The notes under the pieces are model-generated. The model was not told where the DNA came from and ran no database searches. It saw only the letters and a program-made list of their open reading frames with translations. Shown here one piece after another: positions 37,818 to 44,337 of a DNA stretch of 44,337 nucleotides. The stretch spans positions 57,731 to 102,067 of the forward strand of contig PBGU01000007.1 in the NCBI GenBank assembly GCA_002719135.1. Direction: 5' to 3'. Within the stretch, counting starts at the first letter, position 1. Each line of letters opens with the position of its first letter. A program made the position numbers and the translations under genes. The DNA comes from Gammaproteobacteria bacterium. GTDB taxonomy: Bacteria > Pseudomonadota > Gammaproteobacteria > Pseudomonadales > Azotimanducaceae.

Positions 37818-38468
37818 ATGACTAAGAACGCATTCATTACGTGGGGCGGTTGGGATGGACACGAACCGGAGCAAACTGCCGCGATTTTTGCCGAGGTTCT
37901 GCGTACCGAGGGCTACCAGGTCGAAGTATCGAATGCACTGGACGCGTTCGAGGACCAGGCCTTTACAAATTCTCAAGATCTCATCGTACCGGTTTGGACC
38001 ATGGCCGGGATTTCGCGGGAACAGGAAACTGGTCTACTTCAAGCAATTCGTGCTGGGACTGGTTGCGCAGGCTGGCACGGGGGTATGGCGGATTCGTTTC
38101 GTCAAAACGTCGAGTACCAGTTCATGGTGGGAGGCCAATTTATCTGTCACCCCGGGGGCGTTATTGACTACGAGGTCAACATCACGAGCACAGACCCCAT
38201 CGTGAGTGGCCTTTCCGATTTCACGATGCACTCCGAACAATATTTCATGCACGTAGATCCCTCCAACGAGGTGCTCGCAACCACAACCTTTAGCGGCAGA
38301 TACTGGAACATTGATTGGGTTAAGGATGTCGTCATGCCCATCTGTTGGAAAAAGCGATACGGGGCAGGTCGCGTTTTCTATAGCTCACTCGGCCACGTTG
38401 CCGCTGACTTTGACGTGCCACAAGCGAGAGAGATCATGAAGCGCGGCTGTCTTTGGGCGACCCGTTGA
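37818..38468 (+). CDS. ThuA-domain protein (trehalose-utilisation-like)
   Basis: [48 protein letters not shown] and FYSSLGHV match the ThuA family pattern as recalled. It lies 14 nt after the Gfo/Idh/MocA gene. Confidence 0.8.
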   Translation: MTKNAFITWGGWDGHEPEQTAAIFAEVLRTEGYQVEVSNALDAFEDQAFTNSQDLIVPVWTMAGISREQETGLLQAIRAGTGCAGWHGGMADSFRQNVEYQFMVGGQFICHPGGVIDYEVNITSTDPIVSGLSDFTMHSEQYFMHVDPSNEVLATTTFSGRYWNIDWVKDVVMPICWKKRYGAGRVFYSSLGHVAADFDVPQAREIMKRGCLWATR

Positions 38469-38517
38469 GTAAACGGGCTCGCATGTGACACCGCATATTG
38501 TTTCCGTCACTTCCTCG

Positions 38518-38955
38518 CTAAAGGTCAGGCTGTCCAGAAAATTCCGGAATTTGACCGGATGTCTCTGCCCATGCTGGACTGCTGTCGGTCCAGATATGCA
38601 TCGCCGGGGTTACGCGTCCAGGATCATCGAGGCTTCCAGCTTTCAAAATGAGCATCCCAGGATTGGCAGATAATTCGGAGAAAAGCGGCGACCCACAACT
38701 CGCGCAGAAACGCCGCGTCACGGTATTACCGCTCGCTGCATCTACAGTAAATGCGCTCGTTTCACCCTCGATCGTAACCGATTCGCTTGCGACACCGACT
38801 ACGGTCGAATAGGCACCTCCGGAGGCGTACTGACAATCGCGGCAATGACAGTGTCCGGCAAAGATCACCGCGTCAGGACATTCATACCGAATCGCACCGC
38901 AACGACAGCCACCAGTTAAATTCTCGCTCACATTCTCCCTCCTTTGTCTGATCAT
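38518..38955 (-). CDS. GFA/CENP-V family zinc protein (second paralog)
   Basis: GGCRCGAIRY, CHCRDCQ and FCASCGSP, the same Cys signature as the gene at 34801. Confidence 0.8.
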   Translation of the reverse strand: MIRQRRENVSENLTGGCRCGAIRYECPDAVIFAGHCHCRDCQYASGGAYSTVVGVASESVTIEGETSAFTVDAASGNTVTRRFCASCGSPLFSELSANPGMLILKAGSLDDPGRVTPAMHIWTDSSPAWAETSGQIPEFSGQPDL

Positions 38956-38992
38956 TTAACCACCTTTGCGATGGCCGTGCGACGCGCGCACA

Positions 38993-39322
38993 ATGCCCAC
39001 CGTCCGCGACCGACTATGGGGCGTTTTGATGGATCATGTGACGACCGCGCGCAACGAAATTGAGCCGTTACTGACGCAGTTGATTCACCAGCTAGGGATC
39101 GAAGGTCGGGCAACGGAGATGGCCGTATACAGTCGTATCCAACGCTACCTCCGTACCGCGAAGCACAACCACGAGCTCGCTCGTCCATTCAGCGATCTCT
39201 CCACTACCGCCAACGTCTGCTTTACCTTGCCCGGCGAGGCTAACATTCTGCTCGAACGTATTATCGAGAAAGCGGAAGTGCTTGTCCGCGAGATGGAAAA
39301 CCGAACCGACGCAATCCACTGA
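38993..39322 (+). CDS. Hypothetical protein
   Basis: Track ORF 38966..39322 starts at a TTG. The first in-frame ATG is at 38993 (MPTVRDRLW). It is predicted helical. No family recognised. Confidence 0.4.
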   Translation: MPTVRDRLWGVLMDHVTTARNEIEPLLTQLIHQLGIEGRATEMAVYSRIQRYLRTAKHNHELARPFSDLSTTANVCFTLPGEANILLERIIEKAEVLVREMENRTDAIH

Positions 39323-39326
39323 TCCA

Positions 39327-39542
39327 GTGAAACTTCTGTTCTTGTGCACGGGCAACTCTGCCCGAAGTATTCTCACGGAGGCGATCACGCGTTCACAAAG
39401 GACCAACGCCCTCAGTGCGGCAAGTGAACTGTCCGGCCAATTTAATCCATTGCCAGTCGAGTTCCTTGAGCGTCATCGTGTCGACACGTATGCATCCGGT
39501 GAAGCGATGCACGTTCGCGCCGCCGTGTTGGGTCGAGGCTAA
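39327..39542 (+). pseudogene. Truncated LMW-PTP-type arsenate reductase (ArsC-like) remnant
   Basis: From the GTG at 39327: VKLLFLCTGNSARSILTEA (intact C-X5-R-S P-loop) and ...SAASELSG.FNP. Resemblance is lost after about 55 residues and the frame stops at 71 aa. Full-length homologs are roughly twice as long. The 3' end overlaps the convergent ACAD stop. Confidence 0.5.
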
Positions 39543-40750
39543 TTCGAACCGGTTGGGATCTCGTTAAAGGGAATGCCTTTATCCAAACGTACATCCTGAG
39601 GCATACCCAGTACGCGCTCTGCAAGAATGTTGAGCATAATTTCGTCTGACCCCCCTGCGATTCTTCCGCCCGGAGCACCCATGTACGTTGCCGCATAGAT
39701 TCCCGATTCTTCCCCGTGCTCGGAATCCAATACGGCGCCTGAAAGTTCTAATAAGTCCATCGCAAAGGACGCCATGTCTTGCGTCTTCGACGCTCCCACG
39801 TATTTGCCGATGGAATTTTCAGGGCCCGGGGTATCGCCACGCGACAGCGCCGACATCGATCGGTACCCAGTAAAACGAAGCCCTGATTCTTGGCAGTACC
39901 AGTCTGCAAGTTTAGCCCGGACTTGTCGGTCCTCGATCGCTGGGCGGTCGTCAATATTAACTCGTTTGGCGAGTTCAAAAATCCGGTCGAACCCGACGCC
40001 CATGCCACCACCACCAATCGCCGCACGCTCGTTCATGAGGGTGGTGAGCGCGACTTGCCATCCCTGTCCGACAGCACCAAGTCGTTGGCTATCCGGAATA
40101 CGCACGTCGGTGAAATAGACCTCGTTAAAATTCGCTCCGCCTGAAATCTGTTTGATCGGCTTAACGTCCACTCCCGGTGACTTCATATCAAAAAAGAAAT
40201 AGGTTAGACCCTTGTGCTTGGCGACGGTGGGGTCCGTGCGTACAACGAGGATGCCGTAGTCACTGAAATGTGCACCTGACGTCCAAATTTTTTGGCCGTT
40301 AATTACCCAATCGTCACCGTCTTTCTTGGCCTGAGTGCGCAATGCGGCAAGATCGGAACCACCGGCTGGCTCACTAAAAAGCTGACACCAGATGTGTTCG
40401 CCCGACGCCAACGGCGGAAGGTGCTTGACCTTATCTTCCTCAGATGCCCACGCCATCATCGTCGGTGCCGCCATGCCTTGACCAATCGCAAAAACGCCGC
40501 TTGGTACGTTGAACCGAGACTCTTCCTGGTTCCAAATCACTTGTTCGATCGCTGAAGCGTCGCGGCCACCGTATTCCTTCGGCCAGCGAATACAGGCCCA
40601 CCCAGCGTCGTACTTGCGTTTCTGCCAGAGTTTGGACCGTTCGATTTCATCGAGTCCCTTTAACGCGTCATCCGCGGGCACATTGGCTTCTAACCATTGT
40701 CGTGCTTCGTCGCGAAAGGCCGCTTCTTCAGGTGTGTCTTTGAAGTCCAT
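39539..40750 (-). CDS. Acyl-CoA dehydrogenase family protein (403 aa, non-canonical catalytic site)
   Basis: ACAD fold motifs QLFSEPAGGSDLA, INGQKIWTSGA and the C-terminal RIAGGSDEIMLNILAERVLGMP, where the usual Y-E-G reads A-G-G. A GGAG Shine-Dalgarno lies upstream of the ATG at 40750. Confidence 0.85.
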   Translation of the reverse strand: MDFKDTPEEAAFRDEARQWLEANVPADDALKGLDEIERSKLWQKRKYDAGWACIRWPKEYGGRDASAIEQVIWNQEESRFNVPSGVFAIGQGMAAPTMMAWASEEDKVKHLPPLASGEHIWCQLFSEPAGGSDLAALRTQAKKDGDDWVINGQKIWTSGAHFSDYGILVVRTDPTVAKHKGLTYFFFDMKSPGVDVKPIKQISGGANFNEVYFTDVRIPDSQRLGAVGQGWQVALTTLMNERAAIGGGGMGVGFDRIFELAKRVNIDDRPAIEDRQVRAKLADWYCQESGLRFTGYRSMSALSRGDTPGPENSIGKYVGASKTQDMASFAMDLLELSGAVLDSEHGEESGIYAATYMGAPGGRIAGGSDEIMLNILAERVLGMPQDVRLDKGIPFNEIPTGSN

Positions 40751-40759
40751 GGATATCTC

Positions 40760-41884
40760 CTATGCCGCCTGGCCGCGTTCAATCGCGGTAATTAATCTGT
40801 CTTGCCACCAAGATTCGCTGCCGATGGCGACGGAAAGTAGCTTGGATCGTCGATAAAAGAACTGGCAATCAAATTCCCACGTGAAACCCATGCCACCGTG
40901 CGTTTGAATATTTTCTTTAGACGCAAAATAGTACGCCTGTGTTCCGCTCACACGCGCGGTTGCAGCAGCAATCGGTAGCTCCGGCGCATCGGTTGAGAGC
41001 GCCCAAGCTCCGTAGTATCCGTTTGACCGCGCAAGCGTATTCTTGACGTAGACGTTAGCGAGTTTGTGCTTGATTGCTTGAAAACCAGCAATGGGTCTGC
41101 CGAACGCGTATCGCCCCATCGCGTATTCCTTTGCCTGCTCGAGAGCCGCCTCGGAACCAGCGATCTGCTCCCACGCATAGAGCACCGCCGCGCGGTTGAA
41201 TAGTTTCTCCACCGCAGCCCAACCTTCCCCCTCAGTACCCATTACCGAAGCTGTAGCACCGTCGAAGGTCAACTTCGCGTGTGACCGGGTCGGATCGAGA
41301 GTGGCGACGCTCGTGCGTTCAACCCCCTCCAATTCCACCAGGTATAAACTCGCCCCATCGCCCCTTTGGCTGGCGGCTACCACAACAGCGAAATCCGCAA
41401 TATCGCCATCGGGCACCGGAATTTTTGTTCCAGAGACCGTGCCATCAACCGCCGTAGTGTTTAGGTTAGCCGGCGACGGTCGCCCACTGCCCTCGCTGAT
41501 CGCAAACGTGCCAACGACCTCGCCGGTCGCAAGTTTAGGCAACCACTTTTCTTTCTGCGCTTCGGTTCCAACGAGCAGCAGTGCTTCTGTCGCTAAATAG
41601 ACCGACGACGAAAAAGGCACCGGGGCGACAGCGCGACCAAGTTCTTCTGCGATCACGCATAGATCTAGGTAGGAAGCACCTAGGCCACCGTACGATTCTG
41701 GAATGACCGTCGCGGTCCACCCCATTTGACCAATTTTCTCCCAGAGCTCTCGTGCGTACGAATCATCGCCATCTAAGATCCCGCGCACCAGCGTTGTAGG
41801 GCATTCGTCCTGCAAAAAACCCCGGGCCTGATCCCGCAGCAAGTTCTGCTCATCCGAAAACTCAAAATTCACGCCTTCCACCAT
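40760..41884 (-). CDS. Acyl-CoA dehydrogenase family protein (374 aa, partner-type)
   Basis: From the ATG at 41884: MVEGVNFEFSDEQNLLRDQARGF, then IPESYGGLG and HGGMGFTWEFDCQFFYRRSK. There is no Y-E-G near the C-terminus (reads AIGSES). The track start at 42055 would overlap nadE. Confidence 0.8.
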   Translation of the reverse strand: MVEGVNFEFSDEQNLLRDQARGFLQDECPTTLVRGILDGDDSYARELWEKIGQMGWTATVIPESYGGLGASYLDLCVIAEELGRAVAPVPFSSSVYLATEALLLVGTEAQKEKWLPKLATGEVVGTFAISEGSGRPSPANLNTTAVDGTVSGTKIPVPDGDIADFAVVVAASQRGDGASLYLVELEGVERTSVATLDPTRSHAKLTFDGATASVMGTEGEGWAAVEKLFNRAAVLYAWEQIAGSEAALEQAKEYAMGRYAFGRPIAGFQAIKHKLANVYVKNTLARSNGYYGAWALSTDAPELPIAAATARVSGTQAYYFASKENIQTHGGMGFTWEFDCQFFYRRSKLLSVAIGSESWWQDRLITAIERGQAA

Positions 41885-41932
41885 TTCAAGCGAACGAATG
41901 AACGATTGTAGCGCGTGCCGTAGACTATCGGT

Positions 41933-43849
41933 ATGGACCTGTCCCGACTTGGTTTCTTGCGCGTTGGCGTTTGTGCCCCGGCGATAAAAATCGCCGATCC
42001 CGAGGCAAATGCGTCGACGATATTGGAAGCTTACAAACGCCTTTGCGAAAGCCAAGCGGCCGTGGTTGTCACGCCCGAACTTTCACTCACCGGTTACAGC
42101 TGCGAAGATCTTTTCCATAGCGACGATTTGTTGGCGCGGTCTCGCCAAGCGCTGACTCGGGTTGCAGCCGCCGCCGACGGTGCCGTTTTAGTGGTCGGGG
42201 CTCCATGGCGATTAGTCGATGGCCGTCTCCTAAATTGTGCCTTTGTGTGCGCAAGTGGGCGTGTCGTGGGCGCCGTTCCGAAATCCGCGCACCCTAATTA
42301 TGACGAGTTCTACGAGCAACGCTGGTTCACGTCAGGGGCTAGCCTCGTCGCAACCATCAACGGCGAGTTGGGGCATTTTCAGATTCGTAGTGATCAGTTG
42401 TTCACCGTCGGCGACACCCAGTTCGCCATTGAAATTTGCGAAGATCTCTGGGCGCCAGAACCGCCAAGTACCAGGCATGCTTTGGCTGGCGCGTCCCTGG
42501 TTGTTAATCCCTCGGCAAGTAACGAGTTAGTCGCCAAAGCCGACTATCGACGTGATCTAGTTCGTATGCAAAGCGGGCGATGCATCTGTGCGTATGCTTA
42601 TGCCGGAGCCGGACCAACCGAATCCAGCAAGGACGTCGTCTACGGGGGCCATCTACTTGGAGCGGAAAATGGCGTAATGGTTGCCGAGTCCGATCGTTTC
42701 AACCTCGACACGACCGAGCTTGTATTCGACATCGACTGGAAAAAACTCGAGCACGATCGAAGCCGCAATACGACGTTTACCCAAGCACATCGACCAACCA
42801 CCTACCCGATAGTTGATACCGACACGCGCGTTGAACTCGGCGACAGCCATCGGCACTACGTCGCACACCCGTTTGTGCCGGATGACGAGACCGAATTTGA
42901 TGCCCGTGCACAAGAGATCCTTTCGATTCAGTCGACGGGGCTCGCGCGACGCATGCGTGCCGCCAAGGTACAACGCCTGGTGCTAGGGCTCTCCGGTGGT
43001 CTCGATTCGACACTCGCATGTCTCGTCTGTCTCGATGCGCTGGACCGGCTGGAGTTACCCGCATCGGCATTGAACGCTCTGACAATGCCCGGACCGGGCA
43101 CCACCAGCCACACCAAGAAATCCGCCCATCTCCTCGCCAAGTCAAGTGGTTTTGACCTAACGGAGATCCCCATCGATGACGCGGTCAAGCAGCACCTCGA
43201 TGACATTGGGCACGACGGTACCCCGGATATCACCTTTGAGAATAGTCAGGCCCGCGAGCGCACCCAGATTCTCTTCGATACGGCCAACAACATTGGAGCG
43301 ATCGTGGTGGGCACCGGCGACCTATCAGAGCTCGCATTGGGCTGGTGTACGTTTAACGCGGACCACATGTCAAATTACAACGTCAACGTGAGCGTGCCGA
43401 AAACGATGATTGCGTATCTCGTTCGTTGGTACGCCCATCATCGAGCACCCAATGTGCTAAAAAAAGTATTGCAGCGCGTCATCGATACGCCGATTACGCC
43501 CGAATTGTTGCCGAGTGTTGAAGGTCGGATTGTCCAAGAAACCGAGGCCCTGGTCGGTCCCTATGAGTTGCATGACTTTTTCCTCTACCACTACCTGCGG
43601 ACAGGTGCCGATGCGGAGAAAATATTTTATCTCGCGAATTCGGCGTACGAGGGGGCGTACGATGGTCCAACGATCCAAAAGTGGTTGCGCGTGTTCTTTC
43701 AGCGCTTTTTCGAGCAGCAGTTCAAACGGACAACACTGCCCCCGGGGCCTAAAGTTGGTACCGTCAGTTTGTCGCCAAGAGGCGACTGGCGTATGCCCGA
43801 CGAGGCCGAGGTCGGCACCATCCTACGGAGTATTGACAAGCTGCTATAG
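41933..43849 (+). CDS. nadE: Glutamine-dependent NAD+ synthetase (CN-hydrolase domain fused to the synthetase domain)
   Basis: The N-terminal nitrilase-type domain has VVVTPELSLTGY (Glu), VPKS (Lys) and FAIEICEDLW (Cys). The C-terminal PP-loop is LGLSGGLDSTL. 638 aa. Confidence 0.9.
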   Translation: MDLSRLGFLRVGVCAPAIKIADPEANASTILEAYKRLCESQAAVVVTPELSLTGYSCEDLFHSDDLLARSRQALTRVAAAADGAVLVVGAPWRLVDGRLLNCAFVCASGRVVGAVPKSAHPNYDEFYEQRWFTSGASLVATINGELGHFQIRSDQLFTVGDTQFAIEICEDLWAPEPPSTRHALAGASLVVNPSASNELVAKADYRRDLVRMQSGRCICAYAYAGAGPTESSKDVVYGGHLLGAENGVMVAESDRFNLDTTELVFDIDWKKLEHDRSRNTTFTQAHRPTTYPIVDTDTRVELGDSHRHYVAHPFVPDDETEFDARAQEILSIQSTGLARRMRAAKVQRLVLGLSGGLDSTLACLVCLDALDRLELPASALNALTMPGPGTTSHTKKSAHLLAKSSGFDLTEIPIDDAVKQHLDDIGHDGTPDITFENSQARERTQILFDTANNIGAIVVGTGDLSELALGWCTFNADHMSNYNVNVSVPKTMIAYLVRWYAHHRAPNVLKKVLQRVIDTPITPELLPSVEGRIVQETEALVGPYELHDFFLYHYLRTGADAEKIFYLANSAYEGAYDGPTIQKWLRVFFQRFFEQQFKRTTLPPGPKVGTVSLSPRGDWRMPDEAEVGTILRSIDKLL

Positions 43850-43857
43850 TTTTCCAA

Positions 43858-44337
43858 ATGCGGTATTTCCTCGTTGTCTTCCTATTGCTTGGGGCCCCAA
43901 AATCTTTAGCCCTCGAACCGCCCTATTGTGGCGACGAGGGAGTATGGATTCAGATTCTGGGATCAGGCAGCCTCGAATTCGGTAACCCACGGGCTGCCCC
44001 CAGCTACTTGGTGTGGATCGACAACCGTGCCCGGTTAATGATCGACGCGGGTGCCGGCGCAGCGCTACGATTTGACGAGAGCGGTGCCGCGTTTACAGAC
44101 CTCGACGCGGTTGTGCTGTCGCATCTGCACCTCGAGCATACGGGCGATTTAGCCAACCTACTCGCGGCATCACGCGACGCCGATCGGACGGGGTTATTCC
44201 CGCTTTTTGGTCCCGCTGGCGAGAACGGTGAGAAGGCAACACGCGACTACATCAATCGATTGATTGGCTCGAAAGGAGCATTCAACGAACTTTCGGACTT
44301 GCTCAAGTTTAGCAGTTCGACCGGTTACAAAGTCTCG
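43858..44337 (+). CDS. Secreted MBL-fold metallo-hydrolase, 5' part only (continues beyond the window)
   Basis: Absent from the ORF track (no stop in the window). My translation from the ATG at 43858 gives MRYFLVVFLLLGAPKSLA (signal peptide), then ILGSGS and LSHLHLEHTGD (H-x-H-x-E/D-H metal motif). Confidence 0.7.
   Translation, partial: MRYFLVVFLLLGAPKSLALEPPYCGDEGVWIQILGSGSLEFGNPRAAPSYLVWIDNRARLMIDAGAGAALRFDESGAAFTDLDAVVLSHLHLEHTGDLANLLAASRDADRTGLFPLFGPAGENGEKATRDYINRLIGSKGAFNELSDLLKFSSSTGYKVS

Noticed and set aside
1-44337. Scan for CRISPR arrays, IS/transposase/integrase genes, phage genes, tRNA/rRNA genes, defence-system-like ATPase/nuclease clusters and toxin-antitoxin pairs.
   Set aside because: No regularly spaced repeats were seen. 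No ORF carried recombinase, nuclease or helicase signatures, and no intergenic region had tRNA-like structure. Every ORF above about 100 aa outside known genes is accounted for. By-eye scanning cannot exclude short ncRNAs.

Overview
This 44.3 kb window looks like ordinary chromosomal DNA, most consistent with a Gammaproteobacterium. All family calls come from motif and sequence recall only; no searches were run.

The centre (19997-34611, minus strand) is a complete, intact 13-gene NADH:quinone oxidoreductase operon, nuoA-B-CD-E-F-G-H-I-J-K-L-M-N. It has the fused nuoCD gene typical of E. coli/Pseudomonas-type complex I.

The left flank carries:
- the 5' part of dsbD, an orphan lipoprotein and a PCu(A)C copper chaperone;
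- a K+-independent H+-pyrophosphatase (hppA) convergent with a PPi-type phosphofructokinase;
- the murein-peptide ligase mpl;
- a translationally coupled MtnK-like kinase / IUNH-type nucleoside hydrolase pair;
- two tandem long acyl-CoA dehydrogenases;
- srkA, an acyltransferase, an MBL hydrolase and a TauE/SafE permease;
- an SDR-SDR-DUF2628-like operon and a D-2-hydroxyacid dehydrogenase just downstream of nuoN.

The right flank carries:
- a small, loosely accessory stretch: two GFA/CENP-V paralogs, two orphan proteins, a VOC protein and a ThuB/ThuA-like pair;
- a truncated ArsC-like remnant;
- an adjacent acyl-CoA dehydrogenase pair that lacks the canonical Y-E-G catalytic motif;
- a large glutamine-dependent NAD+ synthetase and the start of a secreted MBL-fold protein.

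I found no rRNA, tRNA, CRISPR array, transposase, integrase or phage genes, and no convincing novel multi-gene system. The best leads are modest:
- the kinase/nucleoside-hydrolase couple;
- the PPi-based hppA/pfp module sitting in the fbp slot next to mpl;
- the non-canonical ACAD pair;
- a perfect 12-bp palindrome in a divergent promoter;
- the arsC remnant.
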